From the NCBI GenBank assembly GCA_048941265.1, contig JBHLNT010000001.1, positions 46,540-110,539 of the forward strand: a stretch of DNA of 64,000 nucleotides, given 5' to 3'. The position numbers and the translations under genes were made by a program. The DNA comes from Promethearchaeota archaeon (GTDB lineage: Archaea; Asgardarchaeota; Lokiarchaeia; Sigyniarchaeales; SOKP01). Positions 29,129-39,911 of the stretch are shown piece after piece (the stretch's first letter is position 1; each line of letters begins with the position of its first letter). Below the pieces are notes generated by a model. It was not told the origin of the DNA. It made no database searches and worked only from the letters and a program-made list of their open reading frames with translations.

Positions 29129-29818
29129 ATGGACGTCGCTCGATTCATTCAAATTTATATTGTTCAAGGATTAATTGGTTTGTTTTATCTTTATATGTCA
29201 TATGTAATTCTAAGACGGGATAAAAAAAATCTTCATCTTGCACTATGTGGTTTTTATGTATGTGTAGGCTTAGGAGTTATAATAAATATAATTTATGCCT
29301 CCTTTTTTGATGAAGCTCTTGTATATCTTCTTCATTTTTTAACGTATTTTTTGCTTTGTTTTTGTCAAGTTTTCTTACTAATTTTTGTATTAATTTTAAC
29401 TAAATCTAAGAATATAATTAATCTAAAAGTCCAATTAGTTTTAATTATTACTTTTGGGATACTTCTATGTGGACTATGGTTTATCCCGAATGGAATTACG
29501 ATTAATGAAACCACAAATTGGAAACCTGTTTGGAGCAGGGAATTTTTAATTTATTCTTATGCTGTTTGTACCTTGTTTACATTTGGACCTTTGATATATT
29601 ATTCAACAAAGATCTATCTCAAATTAGAGAGTTTATATTTAAAGAGAAAGTGGCTATTTTTCATAATAGGATTATTGTCTTACTACTTTCTTTATTATGG
29701 TACTTCTCTGTCAAATTCTTTAAATGATTCTGGATTTAGATTGATATGGTCTATTATATCCCTCTTTGTAATACCATCAACATACCTTATTTATTACGGA
29801 GTCGGAAGGGAGTTATAA
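29129..29818 (+). CDS. 7TM integral membrane protein (paralog 2)
   Basis: DVARFIQIY, IPNGITINETTNWKPVWS, YYGVG. Confidence 0.85.
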   Translation: MDVARFIQIYIVQGLIGLFYLYMSYVILRRDKKNLHLALCGFYVCVGLGVIINIIYASFFDEALVYLLHFLTYFLLCFCQVFLLIFVLILTKSKNIINLKVQLVLIITFGILLCGLWFIPNGITINETTNWKPVWSREFLIYSYAVCTLFTFGPLIYYSTKIYLKLESLYLKRKWLFFIIGLLSYYFLYYGTSLSNSLNDSGFRLIWSIISLFVIPSTYLIYYGVGREL

Positions 29819-30031
29819 TTAGTAAACTTAACTATTATATGCATATTCATAAAGACACAGTTAAGCAGATATAATATAGACCATTAAAATAATTTTTGGT
29901 AAAAATTCTTCATATGGAATTAAGTTAAATAGAAAACTTAAATTTTTAATGGATTAGTGAGATCTTAATACTAATAATATTTTATTTAAAAATTAGAATA
30001 AATTAAGTAAAACCAGAGGGAGATCGAATTT

Positions 30032-30748
30032 ATGGTATTTTATCAATTAGATCTTGCTAGAATTATTCAAGTATACATTGTTCAAGGTTCTGTGGCAATT
30101 TTTTTTGTAATTCTCGCATATAAAATACTTAAGCGTGATACTAAAAGGTTAAATTTAATGTTTAGCTGTTTTTATTTAAGTATAACCATAGGCCTTATCG
30201 TGAATATTATTTATGTTCCTTTGACTATTGAGGCTATTGTATTAGTTCTTTACTATATTACAATCTTCTTCATTTTATTAGGACCCATATTTCTTCTTGT
30301 GGTTGAATTAATGCTGTTAAAGTCCGAAAAAGTTATTAATACCACTAAGCAATTAACAATTATCTTAATTTATGCGATTGCATTATCTTGTATGATATTC
30401 ATCCCAAATGGAGTCACTATTAATTCTAGCACAGAATGGAAACCAGTTTGGAGTATTCCTTATTTTATCTATACAATCACAGTACTCACAGTTGGAGCAA
30501 TAGTACCATCTTTATATTTTTCTTACCAAATATATAAGCAATTTGAAGATGAAAAGTTAAAGAAAAAGTGGGGATATTTCATTATTGGTCTTTATGGACT
30601 TATTTTTCTCATGTATGGTACATTGACTTCGAATACATTAAATGACCAAACATTTAGGACAGTATGGGCGATAATATCACTATTTTTAATCACTGTCCCC
30701 CCATATCTCGTATATTATGGAGTTGGCAAAGAGCTGGAAGCAGATTAA
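30032..30748 (+). CDS. 7TM integral membrane protein (paralog 3)
   Basis: DLARIIQVY, IPNGVTINSSTEWKPVWS, PPYLVYYGVG. Confidence 0.85.
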   Translation: MVFYQLDLARIIQVYIVQGSVAIFFVILAYKILKRDTKRLNLMFSCFYLSITIGLIVNIIYVPLTIEAIVLVLYYITIFFILLGPIFLLVVELMLLKSEKVINTTKQLTIILIYAIALSCMIFIPNGVTINSSTEWKPVWSIPYFIYTITVLTVGAIVPSLYFSYQIYKQFEDEKLKKKWGYFIIGLYGLIFLMYGTLTSNTLNDQTFRTVWAIISLFLITVPPYLVYYGVGKELEAD

Positions 30749-30904
30749 AGAAATTAATAAATTAAATTCTTATTTTTTTTACTTAAATTTTATTTTTTGG
30801 AGATAACTATATATGTATAAGATTAGTAAATAATTTGAATTGTGCAGAATTTCAGTTATTATATAGCTTAATTTCTCGGAATTATAATCTCGTATAGAAA
30901 TTTT

Positions 30905-31258
30905 ATGTCAGTTGTGAGTGAACTTTTACGTGTAAAAGGAATTGGTCCTAAAGCTGCTGAAAGATTAAATAAAGCAGGGATTAGTTCAATTGAACAACTG
31001 GCAAATGCAAAACCCGAAGAATTAGCTTTTGTAAAAGGTATCGGTATCGTTTCAGCGAAAAAAATAAAGGAAAATGCTCAATATATTTTAAATTTTGAAA
31101 GAGGCCTTACAATTGTTTTAGATAAAATCAGAGAAAATTTTTCAAAGAGTTGTCCCAAATGTGGAGGAGATATGGAAAAAAAATTCATAATCTTAGGACC
31201 TGAAAGGAGAATATCCGCAAACCAATGTAAATTATGTAAATTCTATATGCCCAGTTGA
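30905..31258 (+). CDS. helix-hairpin-helix protein with C-terminal zinc ribbon
   Basis: VKGIGPKAA, VKGIGIVSA; CPKC...CKLC. Confidence 0.85.
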   Translation: MSVVSELLRVKGIGPKAAERLNKAGISSIEQLANAKPEELAFVKGIGIVSAKKIKENAQYILNFERGLTIVLDKIRENFSKSCPKCGGDMEKKFIILGPERRISANQCKLCKFYMPS

Positions 31259-31328
31259 AAACAGTTGCAAATTAATTAAATAATAATTAGATAAATCAAT
31301 TATAAAGATAATATTAAACTTTTTCAGA

Positions 31329-32351
31329 TTAAATTTGAAAATATAAGAGTTTTAAAATAGCATAAAAACCAAAAAATCCAATTAATAGTAAAGCTTCCCA
31401 TTTCTTAAGAGTTTTTTCTGTCCATAAAAAACAATAAGATAAACACAAGGCAATAAAAAGCATAGGGATATCAAAAGTTATTATAATGAGTGCTACATTA
31501 AACTCTGAAATTACAGCACCTAAACCTGTTGCTAAAAGAATATCACAAATATTTGATCCTAGAATATCACCTACGGCAAGTCCCTCTGATCTTCGACGTA
31601 GAGCAGTTAAATCGGCTGCTAGTTCTGGTAAACTAGTACCTACTCCAACAATTAATATTCCAATAACGTTTGCAGGAATATCCAAAGATTTTGCCAGTTG
31701 AATCGAAAAAATAATAGTAGTTTCAGCAGCTATTAGCAAAATACAAAGCCCAATTAAGAAGATTCCGATATCTTGCTTCAATGTTGTATTTTTAAGGATT
31801 TGTTCCATAGGCTCGAAATAATCCTGTTCTAATTCATCCTTTTCATAAAATTCTTCTTTATATTTTTTTTGTTCAATCTTTCTTTCACTAATTATGATTA
31901 AAACCAAATACATAAAATATGTTATTATCATTATTGAAGCTTCAATACGGGTTATCACTCCATCAACAGCACATAATAAAAACACGATTAATGAAATAAA
32001 TAACATAAGACCCTCTCGCTTTAATACCCATTTATTAACAAATATTGAACGACTTAAACCTAAAATACCTAGAATAAGCGTTATTTGGCAAAAGAAAGAA
32101 CCTACTTTATTCCCAATTACAATTCCATCTATATTACTTGAAACACCTGCTAATTTATCAATTCCGCCTGATATACTTATAGCAATTTCAGGTAAACTAG
32201 TGCCAATTGCTAATATCGTGAGTCCGACCATTAAATGACTGATTTCTAGGCGGTAAGCAATGTTTTCCAAACTTCTTATCACTAACTTCGAACCAAAATA
32301 CAATGCAATAAAACCAACTAAAATCATTAAAATTGTAATCAGTAAAATCAT
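31329..32351 (-). CDS. Ca2+/Na+ (cation) antiporter, YrbG family
   Basis: Two GTSLPE alpha repeats, GSNI. Confidence 0.92.
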   Translation of the reverse strand: MILLITILMILVGFIALYFGSKLVIRSLENIAYRLEISHLMVGLTILAIGTSLPEIAISISGGIDKLAGVSSNIDGIVIGNKVGSFFCQITLILGILGLSRSIFVNKWVLKREGLMLFISLIVFLLCAVDGVITRIEASIMIITYFMYLVLIIISERKIEQKKYKEEFYEKDELEQDYFEPMEQILKNTTLKQDIGIFLIGLCILLIAAETTIIFSIQLAKSLDIPANVIGILIVGVGTSLPELAADLTALRRRSEGLAVGDILGSNICDILLATGLGAVISEFNVALIIITFDIPMLFIALCLSYCFLWTEKTLKKWEALLLIGFFGFYAILKLLYFQI

Positions 32352-32703
32352 ATTTTCAACCTTTCACTAAAATGGTGAATTTTTAATCTTTAGTAAAACT
32401 CTTCCCATCAAACAGAATAACTAATTCTAATTATTGATAACTCTAAATTATTTTTTAAACAAGAGACATCTAACTCATTAGGATTTGCTCAGGTTGTATA
32501 TAAATCTTAAACATTTTTTAAATAGTATAGATGGGGATTATTGTTTCCAAATATATTAGAATAAAGTAATATATAAATGTATCCTTTTTTTGCACTAAAA
32601 AAATACAAAAAAAAAACAACTAAATTCCTAAATTTAGACAAAAATAGGATAATAAAATGACATTTGATAAAGTTATTAAAGAAATAATTTTAGAATATAT
32701 TTA

Positions 32704-32877
32704 ATGGATAATGAAAAAAATAAAGATATGCACGAATTGCATGTTACGCTTGAAAAAGAAGTGTTCGATAGATTAGAAACTATTAAAGATTATCATGGAA
32801 TAAAGAATCTTACTGAAATTGTTCGATTTTTAATAACGAAAGAATATAGACACATAAAAAAGTCTGAAAAAAATTAG
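32704..32877 (+). CDS. small ribbon-helix-helix (CopG-like) protein, 57 aa, not in the ORF track
   Basis: Manual translation MDNEKNKDMHELHVTLEKEVFDRLETIKDYHGIKNLTEIVRFLITKEYRHIKKSEKN. Confidence 0.7.
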   Translation: MDNEKNKDMHELHVTLEKEVFDRLETIKDYHGIKNLTEIVRFLITKEYRHIKKSEKN

Positions 32878-32920
32878 CGATTCTTATAATCTTATTTAAA
32901 AAAATTTCAATTTTTAGCTA

Positions 32921-33676
32921 TTATTTAATTCTCTTCATTAGTGCCGTAAAAATTTCGCTAGCACTACCTCGTAAAAAAATGTCAGCGAGATTGTCCATAA
33001 CCGTACTTTCTCTATTGATAAAAATAATACTTGCTCCATATTGTTTAGCGATGGTCGGCATGAAATTCGCGGGTGAAACTACTAAAGAACTCCCTACCAT
33101 AAGAAAACAATCACATTCTCTGCAAGCATTCATTGCCCCCTCCATAACACCCATAGGTAAGGATTCTCCGAATAGGATCACTTTTGGTTTAATATAACCA
33201 GAACATTCGCATATAGGATATTTAACGCTTTTAGTATCAATATCCTTGTAATGGAACTCTTTCCTGCATTTTATACACTCTAAAATACCAAATTGTCCGT
33301 GAAGTTCGTAAATATTAGCCCCATATTCTCCACTTCCGGCTTTTTGATGAAGCATATCTACATTCTGAGTGATTAAAGCTTTAACTTTTCCAAGTTTTTC
33401 TAATTCTGCTATGGCTTTATGAGCGAGATTTGGTTGGGCTTCAGATACAAGATCTTCCAGCTCTTTGTGCATTTCCCAGAATTTAGAGGGATCATCTAAA
33501 AAGTAATCATAACTCGCATAAATAGCAGGATCATATCGACTCCAAAGCCCCCCCTCACTTCGAAAATCATCAATTCCGGATTCTGTTGAAATACCTGCCC
33601 CCGTAAAAACAACAATATAATTAGCTTCTTTAATAATATTTGCTGCGTCTGTTATTTGTTTTTCATCTATCATCAA
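32921..33676 (-). CDS. cobB: Sir2-family NAD-dependent protein deacylase
   Basis: GAGISTESGIDDFR, TQNVD.LH, HG, CxxC/CxC zinc site, GSSL.VSPA. Confidence 0.93.
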   Translation of the reverse strand: MMIDEKQITDAANIIKEANYIVVFTGAGISTESGIDDFRSEGGLWSRYDPAIYASYDYFLDDPSKFWEMHKELEDLVSEAQPNLAHKAIAELEKLGKVKALITQNVDMLHQKAGSGEYGANIYELHGQFGILECIKCRKEFHYKDIDTKSVKYPICECSGYIKPKVILFGESLPMGVMEGAMNACRECDCFLMVGSSLVVSPANFMPTIAKQYGASIIFINRESTVMDNLADIFLRGSASEIFTALMKRIK

Positions 33677-33918
33677 AATTAATTTACAACTTTATTATAT
33701 TTAATATTATAATTTGTAAAATATCGATTTTAACCTTTTAAATAAAAGTGAAAAATTGTAGGTTTAATATTATAACAGGATTATATTTAGGACGTATTTA
33801 AGCCCACCATAGCTAGTAACTATGTATTCCTATATTCGGTGGATTGTAAGCATTGTCAAATGTTTTTTCAGAGAGAGATGAATTTTTACAGCTTCGAGTA
33901 TAAATTCTTCAATATTCT

Positions 33919-34602
33919 CTAAAAATTATAATATTTTCCTTTATCCTTCAGCCTATAAAATCCAAATCGTTCTCTCCTTCTATCTCTCATCGCTAAACTT
34001 TGCCAATTCATATCTTTAGTATAGAATTCAAATTTATGAAGTTTTAATGCATCATATAATTTAAATCTCAAATTACCTATACGAATCTTTATTAGATTTT
34101 CCCCTTCTGCCTTTAAAGGATTATATAAAGCAAATACAAAGAATTCGAGGTTATCTAGATTCAAATCTTTTGCTACTTTTATTGCTATGTCATGAGTAGC
34201 TTGATGGTCGGGATGTTTATTGTTCCCACTTGGAATCACAAATCTTGTTGCTTCCTTAACAATATCTTTAATTTTCTCTACAGCATCATTAATATGCTCT
34301 TTTAATTCTTGATCATAGAACTTCAAGAAATGCCTATTTTCTTTTTTAACACCCAAGAATTTACCTGCAGCATCTGCTTCTAATAATCTAATTCTTGCTA
34401 ACTCTTCCTCGGTTATTTTAGTTTCCTCGCAATCTTCAAGCTCACCTAACTCTCTCGCTTTTCGATAACCAGCTCTTCCATCTGTAAACCAAATGATATG
34501 AACCTCATGTCCTTCTTCAAGCCATTTCATGATTGATCCCCCTGCTCCAAAACATTCATCATCCGGATGGGGTGCAAACACAAAAATTTTAATGATATTC
34601 AC
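33919..34602 (-). CDS. PIG-L family deacetylase
   Basis: APHPDDE, TDG, HPDH. Confidence 0.92.
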   Translation of the reverse strand: MNIIKIFVFAPHPDDECFGAGGSIMKWLEEGHEVHIIWFTDGRAGYRKARELGELEDCEETKITEEELARIRLLEADAAGKFLGVKKENRHFLKFYDQELKEHINDAVEKIKDIVKEATRFVIPSGNNKHPDHQATHDIAIKVAKDLNLDNLEFFVFALYNPLKAEGENLIKIRIGNLRFKLYDALKLHKFEFYTKDMNWQSLAMRDRRRERFGFYRLKDKGKYYNF

Positions 34603-34811
34603 TTAAATCTGTAATTTTATTGTATAACTATTATTTTCGAGAATATAATAGATTATTCCCTAAATTTATTATATAGAATTAAAAACTATTTAAAATAGAA
34701 TAAGAATATGTAAAAAATTGCTCCATTAGCAATCTTTATATTTTTATTTAAAGAATTATATATTTAATAAATATTTTATAAATTAAGTGATCTTAATAGG
34801 AGAAAATTAAA

Positions 34812-36272
34812 ATGAGTGAGGATATCGGTATAGGTGAAAAGGAAACTTATGCACATTCAAAATATATCATGGCTAGTTATGGTTCCAGAGAAATGTTTGG
34901 CCAATGGATCGCAGCAGCCTTTGGATTCATGGTTTTTTTCTATTATGAGGCAGTTGTAGGCTTAGATGTAGTTTTAGCTGCTTTTGCATATGTTTTATAC
35001 TCAATTTGGAATGCGATTAATGATCCTTTTTTTGGATACATAATGGAAAAAATTCATATGCCCTGGGAAAAAAAATGGGGAATAAAAAGATTTCCATGGA
35101 TAATTCTTGCAGCTTTCCCATGGTTAATTTCTTTCTCATTAATTTTTATGGTACCCGCTGAATGGGACCCAGTATCCAATTCAAATGACAATTGGCCTGT
35201 ATTTTTTTGGTTCTTAATTACTATATGCATTTACGATACTCTTAATACATTATTTGATGTAAATGTTCTGAGCCTCTATCCAGATAAATTCCAAGGTCTT
35301 AATGAACGTAGGACAGTCCAAGGATTTGGAACGATCTTAGGGATAATCGGACTTGTAATGGCAGCCACCATCCCGCCATTATTTATAACTACAGGAGTAA
35401 GAGAAACATACGTAACAGCCGCCCTCGTGACCACTAGTTTTGGAATGGTTATACTTTTAATAGCAATTCCTGGAATTTGGGAAGATAGAAAAACAAGGGA
35501 ACTTTATAAAGTAAGGCGTCAAAAATTAGAGCCTAAAGAATCAGAAAATTTTTTCAAGTCAGCTAAAATTGTAATTAATAACAAAAACTTTATAGCAAAA
35601 GTAACTCTTTTCTTTGGGTATCAAGTAGGGGCTGTTATGTTACAGTATTCCGCTTTTTATGTTGTTACATATATTCTAGATGAAGAAGCAATAGTTATTA
35701 CTTATCTTTTAGGATCTATGCTTATTGGAGCTATTATCTCAATTCCAATTTGGGTTTTTCTTTCGCATAGGTTAAATAATAATAAAAAGATTAGCGTAAT
35801 GGGTGCCATCGTAATGTTTGTTTCGTTTATTCCTATGATCTTTGTTTCTGATTTATTAGGTTGGATATTGCTTTTGATTCTTTTTGGAGTTGGACTTGGT
35901 GGTCAATGGTTTTCTGATCCTCCAACATTGGCAGATGTAATAGATGATGCAACTGTTAAAACTGGAAAACGACAGCAAGCAATTTATTACGGTTTTCAAG
36001 CTTTTTTTATCCGATTAGGTTACGCAACAATTGCTGTTACCATTGCAATCGTACATTCATTAACAGGTTTCGTAGAGGGTGCTCCAAGTCTCGCAGAATT
36101 GAAAGCGAGAAGCCCAACGCCTGAATTAGCTTTATTCGGAATTCGAATCCATGCAGCCATAGTTCCAGCAATTTTAATTATAGTTACAGTGCTTATTTTC
36201 TGGAAATTTTACGACCTTACACCTGACCATGTTGCTAAAAATAAGGCCAAATTAAAAGAGCTTGGACTATAA
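34812..36272 (+). CDS. MFS_2/GPH family symporter
   Basis: WNAINDPFFG, RFPW, TGKRQQAIYYG, FYDLT. Confidence 0.9.
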   Translation: MSEDIGIGEKETYAHSKYIMASYGSREMFGQWIAAAFGFMVFFYYEAVVGLDVVLAAFAYVLYSIWNAINDPFFGYIMEKIHMPWEKKWGIKRFPWIILAAFPWLISFSLIFMVPAEWDPVSNSNDNWPVFFWFLITICIYDTLNTLFDVNVLSLYPDKFQGLNERRTVQGFGTILGIIGLVMAATIPPLFITTGVRETYVTAALVTTSFGMVILLIAIPGIWEDRKTRELYKVRRQKLEPKESENFFKSAKIVINNKNFIAKVTLFFGYQVGAVMLQYSAFYVVTYILDEEAIVITYLLGSMLIGAIISIPIWVFLSHRLNNNKKISVMGAIVMFVSFIPMIFVSDLLGWILLLILFGVGLGGQWFSDPPTLADVIDDATVKTGKRQQAIYYGFQAFFIRLGYATIAVTIAIVHSLTGFVEGAPSLAELKARSPTPELALFGIRIHAAIVPAILIIVTVLIFWKFYDLTPDHVAKNKAKLKELGL

Positions 36273-36466
36273 TAATATTTTTTTTAATTTTTTAATTTTT
36301 CATTCTTTTTGCTTAAAAGTATATCAATCCTTACAGCAATATTTAGATATATTTAAAATTATTGAATCGATTGGTTTTGAGGGGAAAGTAAATAAAATTA
36401 CAATTTAATTTTTATAATTACAAATTTGAAAAGAAAAAGAGTAAATAATAAAGTTTATTGGCTTAT

Positions 36467-37879
36467 CTAATTTTTTTCAATCTTTTGACAAATTCTATCT
36501 ATTTTTTCTAAGGTTTTATCAACGATTTCATCAGTATGCTGCATACACGTATAAAATCTGCTACCTGCAACTGAAATTAAATCTTCGTCAATTAATGCTG
36601 CTCCCATTTGTTCCATAAAATGCTTTCTTTCTGTAATTTGTCCAATATGCTGCGGGTTTTTTAAGTCTAAACCAAATACACAACTAGTGTGAAAGTGGAC
36701 AGTAGCGTTATAATTATATGAAAACCATGGTAGATTATGTTTTGCAAATAGTTCATTCATACCTTCGGTCAATCTTGAAGCGGCTCTCCCTGCTTTTTCT
36801 GTAGCATTCGTTTCTTCAACAAGTTTAATTGCCCAATATGCAGCGGCACATGTTAAAGGATTAGCTGCTATAGTTCCTCCAGTGTATGCTCTTTTTGCCC
36901 CTCCACCAACCCCCGCGGCAACCGTAGCCATGACATCTGCTCTCCCACCAAGAGCTGCAGCTGATGGATACCCATGCCCAACAATTTTTCCAAATACAGA
37001 CAAATCTGGTGTGTACCCAAAATATGCCTGTCCCCCTCCCATGTGCAATCTAAAGGCACATACGACTTCATCCGATATTAATAGAGCACCATTTTCATGA
37101 CATAATTCTTCTAATTCTTTATTAAATTCAGGTCTCACTGGCATTGCACCAGATTCACCGCCCATCGGTTCTATTATTACTGCAGCTACTTTACGTTTTT
37201 CTTTAAACATCCTCCTCATTTCCTCTATATCATTAGGAGGACAAGCGTCAATCCATTTGTAGATATCTTTAGGCATACCATGTGATTCTAAAGTTCCAGT
37301 ACCGGGAATATGCATATCATAAACTAATTGATCACTCCACCCATGATAGCTCCCGCCCATTTTAATAACCCATTTCCGGTTAGTAAACGTCCTTGCGACC
37401 CTAATTGCTAACATATCAGCCTCAGTTCCTGTTTGTAACCATCTTATTATTTCACAGGAAGGAAAGTGTTTTTGTAGTGCCTCGGCGGCTAAATATTCAT
37501 ATTCTTGAGTTATACCGTGGCAAGGACCAATATCTCTTATAAGTTCTAATATTTTATCTGTATGTGGCTTATAATTATGGCCTAAAATAATCGGTCCTCC
37601 ACACATAAGATAATCTGTTAGTACTACATCATCAATCGTTTCCATATAGCAGTCATATACCCGTTTACTAGTTAACGGAAAAGGATAATTGAAAGCAAGA
37701 TTATGCTCCACACCACCTGGTAATATTTTCCTAGCTCTTTCAAAAGCTTCTTTAGATTTCGCATGATTTTTCTCATACCGCTCGACAATTGCTTTCAGTT
37801 CATCAGTTTTAAATTTGCTAACTGGTTGATTGACAATATTTTTGATTTTTGCTATTTGATCTTCATATTTCATACTCAT
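36467..37879 (-). CDS. class III PLP aminotransferase (GSA-aminomutase-like)
   Basis: ILGH, TGTEA, SYHGWSD, IIEP, DEV, FGK (PLP Lys), GT..ANP. Confidence 0.88.
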   Translation of the reverse strand: MSMKYEDQIAKIKNIVNQPVSKFKTDELKAIVERYEKNHAKSKEAFERARKILPGGVEHNLAFNYPFPLTSKRVYDCYMETIDDVVLTDYLMCGGPIILGHNYKPHTDKILELIRDIGPCHGITQEYEYLAAEALQKHFPSCEIIRWLQTGTEADMLAIRVARTFTNRKWVIKMGGSYHGWSDQLVYDMHIPGTGTLESHGMPKDIYKWIDACPPNDIEEMRRMFKEKRKVAAVIIEPMGGESGAMPVRPEFNKELEELCHENGALLISDEVVCAFRLHMGGGQAYFGYTPDLSVFGKIVGHGYPSAAALGGRADVMATVAAGVGGGAKRAYTGGTIAANPLTCAAAYWAIKLVEETNATEKAGRAASRLTEGMNELFAKHNLPWFSYNYNATVHFHTSCVFGLDLKNPQHIGQITERKHFMEQMGAALIDEDLISVAGSRFYTCMQHTDEIVDKTLEKIDRICQKIEKN

Positions 37880-38114
37880 TATAGCTCAATTTCCTAATTT
37901 TTAAGTTTTAGAATTTTAAGAGTCTTAATGATAAATTCTTATTTAAGTGAATTAATATAGGATTCAAAAATAAGTTTTGGTTTAACATGATTTATCGAAT
38001 ATCAGTAAATATAAAATAAAAATGACTAATATCTTCGTTTTTTAAATTTAATAAAAAACTGTATAACTATGACAAAATAAAAATTAATTAACAAATACAG
38101 AATTAGTATTAATT

Positions 38115-39740
38115 ATGACAATTCAAGAAAAGAAATATATTTTAGCCATTGACCATGGCACATCTGGAGCTAAAACTGCTATCTGTTCTACACATGGAGA
38201 TGTAGTTGATTGGATTTTTGAGGAAGTACCACTACATGTTTTTGAAGGAGGTGGTGCTGAGCAAGACCCTAAAGATTGGTGGAATGCAATAATGAATACC
38301 GCTAAAAAACTTATTGATAAAGGGCATGTACCAGTTGAAGAAATCGTAGGTGTGTGTAATACAAGTCAATGGTCGGGTACTGTGGCAGTAGATAAAAATG
38401 GAAATCATTTAATGAATGCCATCATATGGATGGATACCCGTGGTCAACCTTATATAAAGAAGCTTCATAAGAGTTTATTACAAGTAGATGGATATTCTAT
38501 TCTTTTAGCTCTTAAATGGATTAAGATAACTGGTGGAGCTCCAACCTTATCAGGTAAGGATCCTATTGCTCATATATTATGGATCAAAGATCAGCACCCT
38601 GACATTTACGAAAAAACATTTAATTTTTTAGAACCACACGATTTTATAAATCTTAAATTAACAGGAAAATTTGCTGCTTCATTTGCGTCTATTCATAATC
38701 ACTGGCTTACAGATATTAGAGATATTAAAAATATTACCTATTCCAAGAAATTAATAAAAAAAGCCAAAGTAACACCTGATAAATTTCCTTCTGAATTGAA
38801 AAATTCTATTGACGTTTTAGGACCAATCACAAAAGAAGTAGCTGATACATTAGGTTTAGAAAAGAGCACAAAAGTATTAATGGGTGCGCCTGATTTGCAT
38901 GCCGCGACTATTGGTTCCGGGGCCGTGAGAGATTATGAAGGGCATCTTTGTATTGGTACTTCAGACTGGCTAATTTGTCATGTGCCATTTAAAAAGACAG
39001 ATATGTTTCATGGGATGGCGAGTTTTCCATCAGCAATCCCTGGCAGATATTTTTTAGCTAACGAACAGGAGATTGCGGGAGGAGCTTTATCTTATCTTAG
39101 AGATAATATTCTCTATCATAAAGATGAATTGTTAGGAGAAGAAGCTGTTCCTGACGTTTACAAAATTTTCGATAAAATCGTAGAAAATACCCCTGCTGGA
39201 GCAAATAATCTTATTTTTACTCCATGGCTTTATGGAGAGAGAACCCCTATAGATGACCATACAATTAGAGCGGGTTTGCATAACATTTCACTAAACACTA
39301 CACGTGAACATTTAATACGAGCAGTATTTGAGGGAGTTGCCTATAATGTAAGATGGCTTTTTTTCTATGTAGAACAATTTATTAAGAAATGGGTAAAAAA
39401 AGAGAGGCCTGGCATGAAAAAAACTGATTTTATTATGCCTGAGATTAATATTATCGGTGGAGGTGCTAATAGTAATGTCTGGTGTCAAATTTTTGCAGAT
39501 GTGCTTAATAGAAAAATAAAACAAGTAGAAAATCCAATACAAGCCAACGCGCGGGGTGCTGCATTTATAGCTTCGGTTGGTTTAGGTTATATTGATTGGG
39601 AGCATATCCCTAAACACGTTAAAATCTCAAACGTATTTACACCCAATCCTGAGAATAGACAACTTTATGATAAACTTTACGCGGAGTATCTTAATATTTA
39701 CAAACTTATGAAAAAGTGGTATAAACGCCTTAATGAATAA
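38115..39740 (+). CDS. FGGY-family carbohydrate kinase (xylulokinase-like)
   Basis: AIDHGTSGAK, EQDP, WMDTR, GERTP, RAVFEGVA, GGGA. Confidence 0.92.
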   Translation: MTIQEKKYILAIDHGTSGAKTAICSTHGDVVDWIFEEVPLHVFEGGGAEQDPKDWWNAIMNTAKKLIDKGHVPVEEIVGVCNTSQWSGTVAVDKNGNHLMNAIIWMDTRGQPYIKKLHKSLLQVDGYSILLALKWIKITGGAPTLSGKDPIAHILWIKDQHPDIYEKTFNFLEPHDFINLKLTGKFAASFASIHNHWLTDIRDIKNITYSKKLIKKAKVTPDKFPSELKNSIDVLGPITKEVADTLGLEKSTKVLMGAPDLHAATIGSGAVRDYEGHLCIGTSDWLICHVPFKKTDMFHGMASFPSAIPGRYFLANEQEIAGGALSYLRDNILYHKDELLGEEAVPDVYKIFDKIVENTPAGANNLIFTPWLYGERTPIDDHTIRAGLHNISLNTTREHLIRAVFEGVAYNVRWLFFYVEQFIKKWVKKERPGMKKTDFIMPEINIIGGGANSNVWCQIFADVLNRKIKQVENPIQANARGAAFIASVGLGYIDWEHIPKHVKISNVFTPNPENRQLYDKLYAEYLNIYKLMKKWYKRLNE

Positions 39741-39911
39741 ATTATACCAACAGTTTTCTATATTACATCAAGTAGAAATACTTTTTTTTATTTTATTTGT
39801 TAATATTAAATTTCTTTTTAATTATTTACTGGAATAGTCAGTTTTTATAACCTATGGATAATTAATTATTTAAATATTACACTATACAATTGAATAATAT
39901 TAACAGTAAAA

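Noticed and set aside
28221-30748. Microbial rhodopsins (helio- or schizorhodopsin)
   Set aside because: No retinal-binding Lys motif within helix 7 of any paralog
33780-33915. Slightly GC-richer intergenic patch between cobB and the PIG-L gene
   Set aside because: No convincing ORF, hairpin or homology recognised
36467-37879. hemL assignment
   Set aside because: GSA-aminomutase-like, but no tetrapyrrole genes are nearby and the catabolic context suggests a different substrate
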